From the NCBI GenBank assembly GCA_963827655.1, contig CAWHCF010000036.1, forward strand, positions 232,827-296,826: 64,000 bases of DNA, given 5' to 3'. Shown piece after piece: positions 28,381 to 38,430 of this stretch; the first letter of the stretch is position 1; each line of letters starts with the position of its first letter. The notes below the pieces were generated by a model. That model was given only the letters and a program-made list of their open reading frames with translations. It had not been told where the DNA came from and searched no databases. This DNA is from an uncultured Acidobacteriota bacterium. Lineage in GTDB: Bacteria; Acidobacteriota; UBA6911. A program made the position numbers and the translations under genes.

Positions 28381-31174
28381 CTACCAATCGGAGAAGTCCG
28401 CCCGCCAAAGCTCGTGGCGTCCCTGGTTGAACCGGACGAACACCACTTCGTCATGGGACGAGACGTCGTAAAAGGTTCCGATTGGGTGCAGCGGCCGTAA
28501 CTCCCCGATCCGCCTCTCGCCACTCCCGTTAGCAGCGATGCACCAGAGTTCTTTACCGTCCCTGGAGCTGCCAGTGCGCAGAAAATAAATCAACGATTCG
28601 TCACGAGACCACTCGGCGTTATAGCCCCTGCGTGACATTTCGGCAACTGAAAGGGTCTAGCGCGCAGATCACGACATCGCCGGGCACATAACGCGGATTG
28701 GCAGAGTTGTCTGTTGCCAGGAGTGACTTGCCGTTCCTGGACCACCGTGGGTAGCGCAGCGGCAAAGGAAGAACCTGCTCCTGCCCGGTTTGAACGTTGT
28801 GGATGACGGCGCCGGAGATCGTCCCCTTTTCGATCCTCGAATAGACAATGAACTTTTCCGAATGATCGATCTCTGCGCTGAAATGAGTACCCCAATGCCA
28901 GCCCGCAGCGATCTGCGAACTCGGTCCGCCGCTGAGTGGGATTCTCCGAAACGAGGCGGTCGGATGGTGCTGGTAGAAATACAGGGCACTGCCGTCAGGC
29001 GACCAACGGGGCATGATATTACGCTCGCCCTTTCCGTGCGTGACGCGCGTCAGGTTGCCTCCTTCGATGTTGATCGTGCAAACCTGGGTGTCGCCATTTT
29101 CCACAATGGCGAAGAATGCGATCTTGTCCTGCAGAGGGGAGAACGAGGGAGCGGTGATGGCGTATCGGGACTCCCACAGGTTTCGCATCAGCCCGGTGGA
29201 CGGATTCCAGAGTGTGAGAACATAGCTATTCCGTGTATTGGTATAGATCAGGCTGCGCCCGTTGGCAGAGATGTCGGGCTCGGTATCCTCGCCGGCGCCC
29301 TGCAGCACGGATTCCGGCGTGCCACCGGCGCTTGGGACTCTCCACAGCGTCCTGCTTCCGCCTCGCATCGATGAGAAGACGACGAACCGTCCATCCGGAG
29401 TCCACACCGGCGTACCGCCTAGGTGGTCATCGAAGGTCAGTTGCTTCGCTCTTCCACCATTTGAGGGAATCAACCAGACGTCCCCAGGCGGTCCCTTTCC
29501 GCATTGAAAGAAGGCGAGGTGCGATCCATCCGGCGAATACGCCGGCATCCGGTCGGCAAGGAGCAGGTCCGCTTGTGGAATGCCCTCGACCCTTCGCTGA
29601 TCGCTTCCGTCGGGCGTGGCGGTCCACACCTGGTCGTCTACCTCATAGACAAGCCGGCTTCCGTCGCGTGCCCAGTTCGGATTACGCCCCCTTTCGATAA
29701 TCTTCCGCGGGGTTCCGCCCAGAGGCGGCACTGTCCAGATGCTCTGCTCCCAGTCTGTGCCGCGGGTGAAGACAATCTGGTCATTCCTGGGCGACCAGCG
29801 CGGCCGGTGCGCGGGAACATCTTCGGAAGTAATCGGAATCGGATCACCCTGGGCCAGGTTCTTGATCCAAACCTGTGGAACGCCTGCCACGTCATTGATG
29901 AAGGCGATCATGCTGCCGTCCGGCGAGAAGCTCGCCTCTTGGTGCGAACCGGAAAAAGTCGAGATGAGACGCTGCTGCGGTTGACCAGGATGAGATACTT
30001 GCCACGGTGACAACAGCAGCAGCACAGTCGCGGCTGACAACAGGATGGCGAGCGCCAGAATTAAAGGGCGATATGGCCGGGCTCGCCAGGCCGCGTGCCA
30101 GGGCAACGTCGCAGTTTCGGGACCACTCAAGACGGCCCTCAGAGCCTGCGCCAGGTCACGGGCCCCCTGGAACCGGTTCGCAGCGTTCTTCTGGAGGCAA
30201 CGGCTGACAATCTTGCCGAGCGCCGGAGGAATGTCCTTCTTCAGGTCGGTCAGTGCCGGAGGCTCGTCCTTGAGGATCGCAGCCAGGGTCTCCGCTGTGG
30301 TTGCGTGAGAAAATGGGCTGCGGCCGGAGAGCATCTCGTACAGCACGCACCCTAATGAGAAAATGTCACTCGGCGCTTCGATGGTTTCGCCCCTCACTTG
30401 CTCCGGTGACATATATCCCGCGGTGCCCAGAACACGTCCCGGTTCGGTGGCCGTAGTAACCGGCTGTACCGCGGGGCGTGCTTTGACGCGTGCAATCCCG
30501 AAGTCGACGATTTTTATCTGGCCGTCTGTGGTGAGAAAGATGTTGGCCGGTTTCAGGTCGCGATGGATGATCCCTTTTTCATGTGCCGCCGCCAGACCCT
30601 CGGCGATCTCCACGCCGACATCGGTGGCCTGGCGCCACGCGAGCGGCCCGCGCGCCAGCCGGCTGCCGAGGTCTTCCCCGTCGAGCAACTCCATCACCGC
30701 GTACGTGATCCCCTGCTCACTTCCGAAATCGTGAATTGCCAGGATACCGGGGTGCGAAAGAGCAGCCACCGCACGCGCTTCGCTCTTGAAGCGCGCGACA
30801 GCCTCTGGACTATGCGCGAGGTGCTCCGGAAGGACTTTGATCGCCACGTCGCGATCGAGACGCATGTCTCGGGCCCGATAAACCTGGCCCATGCCGCCTG
30901 CCCCTAGCAGCGACAAAACCTCATAAGGGCCGAGATTCCGTCCCGCTAGAGACGCTGTTCGGTCCTCCGCGTCCAAGCGGGAGGCCACGTCGAGCGCGGA
31001 CTCGTCGAGGAAGGATCCCGCTCGCGCGTCGACCCGGAGCAGGGTCAGGACTTCGTGATGCAGTGCCTCGTCACCGGCGCATACTTCCTTGAGAAAGGCG
31101 TCACGTTCGTCCGGCTGCAGTTCCAGGGCGTCGTGATAGAGCCGTTCGACCTGGTGCCAGCGCTCAGGATTCAT
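28381..31174 (-). CDS. Hanks-type Ser/Thr kinase with TM helix and TolB-like beta-propeller, frameshift near 28625
   Basis: GAGGMG, VAIKVL, HRDLKPAN, DFG, YMSPEQ; SPDG repeats; C-terminus continues in the 28381..28638 frame. Confidence 0.92.
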
Positions 31175-31770
31175 TTCCGGTCGTCGCCATTCTCGTGTGG
31201 GTTGAGTTCGTGGAGAAGCCAGGACCTGGCCAGCCGCCAGTCGCGCATGACTGTGTCGGCGGAAACTTTCAGGATCTCCGCGGTTTCATCCACGCTTAGG
31301 CCGCCGAAGAAGCGCAGCTCGATTACCTCGCTCTTGCGCCGATCGATGGTCGCGAGGGCCTGCAGAGCATCATCGAGAGCGACCAAATCGGGCCCTTTTT
31401 CATGCGAAAACGTAGATGCCTCTTCGAGTGGCACGTGGCGGGCTTCTCCCCCGCGCCTGATGTAGTTGCGCGAGCGCGCATAGTCGACCAGTATGCGGCG
31501 CATCAGCCGCGCCGCTATCGCGAAGAAGTGGGCCCGGTTCTGCCAGCTCAAGCTGCGGGTGTCAATCAGGCGCATGTAGGCCTCGTGTACCAGAGCGGTG
31601 GTCTGCAGCACGTGCCCGCGCTGCTCCTTCCTCAGGTAGCGCCGGGCCCGCCGATGCAGCTCGTCGTAAACCAATGGGGTCAACTTATCGAAGGCTTCCT
31701 GATCGCCGTTGCTCCACGCAACCAGAAGTCGCGTTATTTCTTTCGGGGAGGGAAGTTTCTTCGATACCAT
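31171..31770 (-). CDS. ECF sigma factor of the kinase-associated type
   Basis: LVYDELHRRA, LQTTALVHEAYMRL, RAHFFAIAARLMRRILVD, ELRFFGGL, TVMRDW; ATGA overlap with the kinase gene. Confidence 0.93.
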   Translation of the reverse strand: MVSKKLPSPKEITRLLVAWSNGDQEAFDKLTPLVYDELHRRARRYLRKEQRGHVLQTTALVHEAYMRLIDTRSLSWQNRAHFFAIAARLMRRILVDYARSRNYIRRGGEARHVPLEEASTFSHEKGPDLVALDDALQALATIDRRKSEVIELRFFGGLSVDETAEILKVSADTVMRDWRLARSWLLHELNPHENGDDRK

Positions 31771-31989
31771 CTTCAGCAGAACCGCGTTTTACGTGGTTTC
31801 CAATATTATAGTGCCCGCACCATACTCCTTTCTTGTTTATTTTGTGTGCGCGGATCCTCCAAGAAGTGATAGGGCGGTCCGTCGATCCGCGAGCCACTTG
31901 GACGAGTGTCGGCTAATCGGAAACTGACAACAGACTGAGCAAAATGCCTTGTGAGTCTTCCATCGGTATCCCCTGCGTATGAGTGCCTC

Positions 31990-32634
31990 TTATTTCAGCG
32001 ATTGTCCTGCAGGCGGAATAAAGATGAAGTACGAACCCGGAGAATCATCGACTGTCTGCATTATCTTAAAGTCTTTCAGACCGGCATTCTCCAGGATTTT
32101 CGTTAGAGCGTCGGCAACTCTCTCATTGCTCAGATCGATCGTCACCAGCTTGCTCTCAGAAGCGGTCTCCCCGAAAAGACTGTACCCAACGGCAGCAAAT
32201 TTGAAAACGTCCTCCAATACAAATCTCAAAGGAACGTTTTCAAACCGCATGTTGGATCGCATGCGTTTATCAAGCCCGCTCATCAACGGAGTCGAGCGAG
32301 ATGACAGGCCCGAGGTCTCGAGTTTTGCCAATGGTTCGATTACGAGTTGGCCATTCTCAACGCGCCAGCCACAGCGGATGCTTTCGCAAATTACGTCGAG
32401 GGCTGTTTGTTGGGTCACGCCGTGGGCCCGTACCGTAATCATCTGACTTACTTGTTTATCCAGAGCTACCTCACAATTCAGGTCTCGTGCCAGCATCCCA
32501 AATACTTCCAACGGGTCGGCGCCTGCAAAGGCAATGGAGACTCGTTTTTGTGGATTCACCTGAGGCGATGCCGATGCAAGGCTCATCAAGAGGGGGATGA
32601 CCAAAAATACAGTTGGACCAATTGTTCCCTTCAT
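31990..32634 (-). CDS. Exported protein with secretin/TonB short N-terminal (STN)-like repeats
   Basis: Signal peptide; two repeats KRVSIAF..ALDVIC and KRMRSNMRFENVPL..ALTKIL. Confidence 0.6.
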   Translation of the reverse strand: MKGTIGPTVFLVIPLLMSLASASPQVNPQKRVSIAFAGADPLEVFGMLARDLNCEVALDKQVSQMITVRAHGVTQQTALDVICESIRCGWRVENGQLVIEPLAKLETSGLSSRSTPLMSGLDKRMRSNMRFENVPLRFVLEDVFKFAAVGYSLFGETASESKLVTIDLSNERVADALTKILENAGLKDFKIMQTVDDSPGSYFIFIPPAGQSLK

Positions 32635-32734
32635 TTCATCTGCCTCCATGAGTACAGGCACCAGGTGCGGCCCTCAGAAGTGAGCTCGGGCGACGGGGAC
32701 GGGCATCTTAGGATACGGGAGCATTCCAGCCTAG

Positions 32735-32990
32735 TCACGGCTCTTGAGGATTTGGTGTTGAGTTTTTCTCTCTGATTTTTTGCATCCGAGCTTTCATTGC
32801 ATCCGCCTCAGCAAAGCGGCGACTTTCCTGAAGGAGCCCAGCATAGTACTGCAGGGGTTGCAAGCAGGTTGGAATCCTCCGGTCCATATTCACTTTCCAA
32901 AGCCTCGAGACATATTTTATAGAGATTCTCCGCTTCCGCGAGTCGCCCCTGCCTGCGATATGCCACGCACAGATTGTTCGCAGAGAACAC
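32735..32990 (-). pseudogene. Kinesin-light-chain-type TPR remnant
   Basis: NNLCVAYRRQGRLAEAENLYK..LE and, shifted, LQYYAGLLQESRRFAEADAM. Confidence 0.6.
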
Positions 32991-33216
32991 GATTGCGCGG
33001 ATATCCGTGGAGCCTTCGCGACCGTAAGCTTCACCGCTCCATTTGCGGAGACCGGCCCGGCGGTGTTATACCTGAAGCACGCAGGTATGTGAGCCACGCG
33101 ATTGCGGAGGCATCGCATGTTCCTCTGCAACCTGGCACCGCAGGAACCGTATCGCAGATAACGGGCGAGTGCCCTCGATCAGCGGCATTCTGAGTTGTTT
33201 CTCGTCGCCGCGACAT

Positions 33217-34098
33217 ATGGGCGAAACGTTTACGCCGAGCAGGACTGCCGAGGTAATGGCGCTCTTCCGTGCGCTCGAAACGCTCCGTCCACCGCAGGAA
33301 CGGCTGTTTGCGGACCCGCTGGCGGAGCATTTCTTGGGCTCCTGGGGACGTGCTTTGGTCATCGTGTCGCGCATCCCTTTCGCCCGTCGGTTGGTTGAGC
33401 GGGTCGTGGATCGGAGGTGGCCCGGTGCCCGTACGTCGGCGATTGCACGGACTCGCCTCATTGATGATGCAGTCGGTTTGGCGATGCACGATGGTGCCGC
33501 GCAACTTGTTCTGCTTGGCGCGGGATTTGACAGTCGTCCGTATCGACTAGCAGTCGGCCGCGCCCGAATATTCGAGTTGGATCAGCCTGCGACACAGAAA
33601 CGAAAGATTCAGGGGATTGAGGCTCGATTTGGATCATCTGCGAAAAGCGTCATCTACATTCCGGTCGACTTCCAGACGCAAACTGTCGACTCCGCGCTGC
33701 GCGCGAAAGGATTCGATCCAGACGCCCTATCACTTGTTGTGTGGGAAGGAGTCACGAACTATCTGTCGGAAGGCGCCGTTGACGTAACACTACGGTCGGT
33801 CGCAAAGGCTGTAGCTCCCGGCAGTGCCATGGTCTTCACCTACGTCCATCGCGGTCTGCTTGATGGATCGGTTGAATTCGCCGGAGGCGCTCAGATTTTG
33901 GAGCAAGTTCGCGCGGCGCACGAGCCGTGGACGTGCGGGTTCGAACCGCGGGATCTTCCGTCATATCTTGCGGCGCGCGGATGGACGCTCATCGACGATT
34001 TGTCGGCCGACGAGTATCGCGCCAGGTACTTCGGCGCCGCGGCGCAGTTGATGTCAGGATACTCGTTTTATCGTGCCGTCCTTGCTCGCCGGCAGTAA
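33217..34098 (+). CDS. SAM-dependent methyltransferase (LCM family)
   Basis: SRTA, LFADPLA, ARTRLID, LLGAGFDSR, FELDQP, WEGVTNYL. Confidence 0.92.
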   Translation: MGETFTPSRTAEVMALFRALETLRPPQERLFADPLAEHFLGSWGRALVIVSRIPFARRLVERVVDRRWPGARTSAIARTRLIDDAVGLAMHDGAAQLVLLGAGFDSRPYRLAVGRARIFELDQPATQKRKIQGIEARFGSSAKSVIYIPVDFQTQTVDSALRAKGFDPDALSLVVWEGVTNYLSEGAVDVTLRSVAKAVAPGSAMVFTYVHRGLLDGSVEFAGGAQILEQVRAAHEPWTCGFEPRDLPSYLAARGWTLIDDLSADEYRARYFGAAAQLMSGYSFYRAVLARRQ

Positions 34099-34249
34099 CG
34101 CCGAAGTTTTGCAGAAAACATCGGCGCGAGCTCCCTGCACCTCTCGGGACCAGAGGTCCTATTGTGGGAAGTTCCAGAGGTTTATCTCTTGGTCACCTGG
34201 ACGTATAGTCGGCTAACCGTCCATTAGGCCTATCAGCATGTACGCTTGA

Positions 34250-34315
34250 TTAGACGGGTTCGATGCCGATCTGGTCATTTACCGCACCTTTCAAACGCTG
34301 CTTGCATCCGATATA
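34250..34315 (-). pseudogene. Tyrosine integrase C-terminal tail (remnant 1)
   Basis: YIGCKQRLKGAVNDQIGIEPV* matches, from memory, the ...TTERYLGCKQ..AVND..GIEP tail of acidobacterial tyrosine recombinases. Confidence 0.65.
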
Positions 34316-34340
34316 AATCAAATGTGCTGCAGGACATTTC

Positions 34341-34418
34341 AAGTACCTCGGCTGTAGACAGAAGCCTCGAATCGCCGTGAACGACAGCCTTGGAATCGAA
34401 CCCGGCCAGGCAGCCTGA
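34341..34418 (+). pseudogene. Tyrosine integrase C-terminal tail (remnant 2)
   Basis: KYLGCRQKPRIAVNDSLGIEPGQAA*, a paralog of remnant 1 on the opposite strand. Confidence 0.65.
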
Positions 34419-34476
34419 TCGTCGAACGGGGCGGCATAGATCACCCCTTGGCGACTTTGCGCGATGTGTCGTTCTT

Positions 34477-34857
34477 TTACATGTCGCTGCGGAAATCATA
34501 GAAGACACGAATGAGGTTGCCATCAAGATCGGCGACCATAAACTCGCGCAGCTTCCACGGTTTGTCCTCGGGCTCGGAAACGATCTTCGCGTTCGCGGCC
34601 TTCCACTGTGCGAAGAGTTCGTCTACCTCAGCCTTGCTGTCGAGATTGAGCCAGAAAAGGATAGGGCCTATGTTGCCGTAGGACTCTCGGAAGGAGCGAT
34701 TGGTGATAAACAGTCTGCAATTCCCCCTTGAGATGCCTGCAATGCCGCCTTGGTCGTCCCCCCAATCGAAGGTGAAGCCCAGCGTGTTGACATAGTAGGC
34801 AACGGCTTTGTCGACGTTGGCCGCGGGGATCTCCGGGACAGGAGCGGGGAACGTCAT
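34477..34857 (-). CDS. VOC/glyoxalase/bleomycin-resistance family protein
   Basis: VPEIPAANVDKAVAYY..LGF, EPEDKPWKLREFMVADLDGNLIRVF. Confidence 0.9.
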   Translation of the reverse strand: MTFPAPVPEIPAANVDKAVAYYVNTLGFTFDWGDDQGGIAGISRGNCRLFITNRSFRESYGNIGPILFWLNLDSKAEVDELFAQWKAANAKIVSEPEDKPWKLREFMVADLDGNLIRVFYDFRSDM

Positions 34858-35215
34858 GCAGTGAATCGTAGCACGAGCACGCGGCTTGGACACCCAGGAA
34901 TATCAGGGGTTGAGTTCAATCCATAAGTTTCGTCGATCATTCGTGATTAACGCAGCTGGCGTCCTTCAGCGCAAAAGCGTGAAGGAGGAATGCTATGGCT
35001 CGATGCATCGTGCGGAAGAGGATATTGACGTGCTTTTTGATCCCAGCTCCGGTGCAGCTTTCTGGTCAGGCACCCGCACCAATGGATTCACGGGAGGTCG
35101 TTGCGGACAGAAAACGACTGGCGGCCGGTAAGGCTTGACCTGTTGGAATCGCCAGCAAGCTTCGGAAGCGCCCTCAGCGGACGGGCCGATGGCTCGCATA
35201 CCGCTCGGGACCCGG

Positions 35216-35629
35216 TCAGGAGAGGGGTGAAGCCGGAGGGCGCCCGGGCTCGTCAGCCGAGGGTCCGACTCTCTGGATCAGCTCCCCCACCACTAAGAAC
35301 CAGCCCTGGAGCTCCGCTGCCGTCGGCGCCAGCTCGTACGGGTGATGGTGGCAGGCCCGGCTCAGGGCCGACCAGGCGTGGCCGGCGCGTGCGGCAAGCT
35401 CCGCGTCCTCCAGGTAAGTCCGCAAGCAGATGAGCTGGGCCCGCATCGAGCAGCCCTGGAGATCGAGCGTCCGGCGTTTCCACAGCCCGAGAACGCTTGC
35501 CTCGAGAGCTTGCCGGGCGAGGAGGGCCGAGGCCCGGGGCCACAGACCGGCTGTGGACGGATCCACTCGGCGGAGCAGGCCGCGGGCCATGTCGAGAAGC
35601 TCACGTGGGTTGCCCTCCCCTCTAGTCAA
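35216..35629 (-). CDS. Small helical HEPN-like protein
   Basis: TTG start overlaps the ATPase stop (TTGA); ALLARQALE helix and LSRACHHHPY (Rx4H). Confidence 0.7.
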   Translation of the reverse strand: MTRGEGNPRELLDMARGLLRRVDPSTAGLWPRASALLARQALEASVLGLWKRRTLDLQGCSMRAQLICLRTYLEDAELAARAGHAWSALSRACHHHPYELAPTAAELQGWFLVVGELIQRVGPSADEPGRPPASPLS

Positions 35630-38073
35630 CGCAGCCCCTGCAACCACGCCGCCAGTTTGCTCGCCCGCCGGACGAGGTCGACGGCAGCGAGCGCCTGGAC
35701 CTCGTAGTCCCCCTCATGGCATTGCCGTAGAGTCTCGGCGCCTCCCGGTCCGACTTCGTGGTCGAGGTGGGGGAGGACGTCCCCGACGCGCTCGACATCG
35801 TCGAAGACGGCGAGGGCGGCCAGCCGTGTCAGGCGACCCGCTTCGGTCAGCGTCCGCTCGACCTCGGCATGCGGCTCTCCACGGGTCAGCCGCCGCCGGC
35901 GCACCACCTCCATGCACGCGGCTTCGAGGGCGAGGCAACACAGTCCCGGCACCACTCGAGCGGCCGCCGAGGAGGGAAGATCGGCAGTGCTGGCCACCGT
36001 GAAGGCGTCCTCGAGGTAGCGACCCACGGGATCGAGGGCCCGCCGCAGCTCCACCACCGAGGCCTCCCGGCGAGTCACTTCGACGATCTCGGCGGCGATG
36101 TCGAGCCGGCGAACGGCTTCGGGAAGCCGGTCGTCGTGGGTGAAGACCAGGACTTGGCGGTTCGCGGACGCGCTCTCCAGGACGCGGGCCAAGCCGTCGA
36201 CCCGGGCCGGGTCCATCGACTGCACCGGGTCATCGATGACAATAAAGCGGAAAGGGCTCTCGGGGAGGGTGGCCCGAGGTACGAAGAGACTTAGGGCGAG
36301 CGAGTGCAGCTCGCCCTGGCTCATGACCCCCAGAGCAGCGCCGCCGACACCATCGATGGTGACGTCGAGGGCCACGCGGCGTCGTGTGCCCTCTCCTGTG
36401 AGCTGGATCTTCCCTAGCTCCACGTGGCTCTGCTGGCGGAGATACTCCCAGATCCGGGCCGCTTTCTCGGCGATGGGTGCGAAGCGGTCATCACGGATCC
36501 CGGCCGCCGCCTTTTTGAGCCAGGCCTCGGCCGGCTTGAGCCGCTTCAAGTCGGCGGCTCCCCGTACGGCTTCGTGGGCGCCCGCCAGCCAGGTCGCGAC
36601 CTCGACGGCCACCGGTCGCCACGCGTCCTCCTTGCGCCCAAGTTCGGCCCGCGCCCTTTCTCGCAGGCGGACGATCGCCTCCCGCAGCGGTTCACTGGCT
36701 GACTCGACGTGGTCGGCCAGCTTTCCGAGGTCGGCTATCGATCCAGCCTTGACCCAGACCCCCAGCGCTTCGACGAACTCGTCCAGGTCCAGGCCCAGGC
36801 CGGCCGCGCGCGTGAGCGCCTCCCCTTTCAAGGTGACCAGGCCTTCCCACTGGCGCCGAGCGGCGTCGGCCCGCTCGTGGATGGCGTCTGCTTCGCGCGC
36901 CGCTTTATGAAGACGGGCCGCGGCGGCCCGTTGTCGCACGCTCCAGGGCCGGTCGAGGGCGCCTTTGCGGCCGCACACCGGGCAGTCGGCGTCGCCGTGA
37001 GCGGCGTGATACTGGAGAGCGAGGTCGAGGAGCGCCGCCGCTTCGCGGGACCGGGCCTGCGCCGTCCCCAGGGCCGACTGCAAGGCCGCAGCCGCGGTGC
37101 GCATCTCGGCGACGGCGGCCGACACTCGCGCGGGCTCGGGTGGCTCCAGGCTCGCGATCCCCCGGAGTACGTCGACCTCCGCCGCCCCGGCTCCCGGAGA
37201 CGGGGCTCCCGAGAGCACTTCTTCGACCGCGCCGAGATCCCACTCCTTGCCGTCGAGGGCGGCGACGACGCGCCGTGCCCGGGCGTCGTCCACGTTACGC
37301 AGGCGCTCGATCAGGCGACCCCGCGCGTCGGTCGCGTCCTTGAGAGCCTTCTCACGCGAGCGGCGGGCCTCCTGGAGCGCGCGCTGGGCTTCGACGAGGT
37401 CCTCGAGACCCAGGATCGAGGAGAGGGCATCGTAGAGCTTCGAGGGCCCTTCGTCGAGCAGGGAGCCCAGCTCGTTATAGGAAAGGAAGGGGCGATGGGT
37501 GCGCAGGGCCGCGGTCCAGCCCAGGGACCCAAGGTCGGACCGGGGCTTGCCGTGAAGCTGGGCCGAGGCTTCGGCGGCTTCGAACGCCGCCCCGGGTTCC
37601 CAACGGCGCCACATCTTGCACGGCCCGTGCTCACCTTCGACGAGAAACGTCGCTGTCAGAGACGCCGTGGGATGATGGAGGTTCCGCCAGCCCTCGCGCC
37701 AGACGGCGGCGCGCTCCTTCCAGCGCAGACTGTCGCCGGTGAGAAGGACCTCAAGGGCCTCGGCGAAGCTCGACTTGCCGGAGCCGTTACGCCCTACGAC
37801 GAGCGTCAGGCCGGGCCCGGGCCGCAGCTCCAGCGTCTGTGCAGGACCGATCCCGCGGAACCCTTCGACGGCGATTGACTGCAGGAATGCGCCGGCGGGC
37901 GCCGGAGACACCTGCGCTACGGCACTGCGCGGCGCGGCCGCGCTGCCCGACAGTTCTGCCTCGATCCCGGAGGCGCCTTCGAGAGCTGCGAGGACGAGCG
38001 CACCCCACGCCTTCTCGATGGGGCCGTCGGCCTCGAGCCGCGACAACACGATGTTCCTGATGCCCGGGTCCAT
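35626..38073 (-). CDS. Rad50/SbcC/RloC-like SMC-family ABC ATPase with zinc hook and C-terminal HEPN-like extension
   Basis: VEGFRGIG, Walker A GRNGSGKSS, coiled coil with CPVC, signature MSQGE, Walker B/D-loop IVIDDPVQSMD, H-loop FTHD, about 130-aa helical tail. Confidence 0.88.
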   Translation of the reverse strand: MDPGIRNIVLSRLEADGPIEKAWGALVLAALEGASGIEAELSGSAAAPRSAVAQVSPAPAGAFLQSIAVEGFRGIGPAQTLELRPGPGLTLVVGRNGSGKSSFAEALEVLLTGDSLRWKERAAVWREGWRNLHHPTASLTATFLVEGEHGPCKMWRRWEPGAAFEAAEASAQLHGKPRSDLGSLGWTAALRTHRPFLSYNELGSLLDEGPSKLYDALSSILGLEDLVEAQRALQEARRSREKALKDATDARGRLIERLRNVDDARARRVVAALDGKEWDLGAVEEVLSGAPSPGAGAAEVDVLRGIASLEPPEPARVSAAVAEMRTAAAALQSALGTAQARSREAAALLDLALQYHAAHGDADCPVCGRKGALDRPWSVRQRAAAARLHKAAREADAIHERADAARRQWEGLVTLKGEALTRAAGLGLDLDEFVEALGVWVKAGSIADLGKLADHVESASEPLREAIVRLRERARAELGRKEDAWRPVAVEVATWLAGAHEAVRGAADLKRLKPAEAWLKKAAAGIRDDRFAPIAEKAARIWEYLRQQSHVELGKIQLTGEGTRRRVALDVTIDGVGGAALGVMSQGELHSLALSLFVPRATLPESPFRFIVIDDPVQSMDPARVDGLARVLESASANRQVLVFTHDDRLPEAVRRLDIAAEIVEVTRREASVVELRRALDPVGRYLEDAFTVASTADLPSSAAARVVPGLCCLALEAACMEVVRRRRLTRGEPHAEVERTLTEAGRLTRLAALAVFDDVERVGDVLPHLDHEVGPGGAETLRQCHEGDYEVQALAAVDLVRRASKLAAWLQGLR

Positions 38074-38105
38074 GCGCCTAGTGCCGTTCCAACTTGTTGT
38101 CTCTA

Positions 38106-38340
38106 AGGGTTCGTGAAGAAATAAGTTCGCATTCTGCTGCAGGCCCCCAGGCCCGCTGGCGAGGCGCGAGCGACGATGCGTACCCGGTGCGGTACGTGAG
38201 GAGCGAGCAACAAAGCCAGCGGGCCTGCGGGCCGCAGCCCGAAGGGGCGCGATCCTCAGCGTGCTTGGCGAACAGAAACCGGTTCATGATTGACCACCGA
38301 CTCTCGCGCCAGAATGTGAAGTTATTTCTGCGCGAGCCCT
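38106..38340. mobile_element. MITE-like element, 235 bp
   Basis: Termini AGGGTTCGTGAAGAAATAA and TTATTTCTGCGCGAGCCCT match at 16/19 as an inverted repeat; internal arms CAGGCCCGCTGGC...GCCAGCGGGCCTG; no transposase. Confidence 0.7.
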
Positions 38341-38430
38341 ATAGCATCGAAATCGAAGAGGCGAGTCGGCGTTTCAGGTAGCGGCCTCCGTTGCCAGTCT
38401 TCAGAAAGAACGTACGGCTCCGCGTCCAAG

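Noticed and set aside
35626-38073. Housekeeping sbcC or recN
   Set aside because: No sbcD neighbour, an extra C-terminal domain and an accessory-region context.
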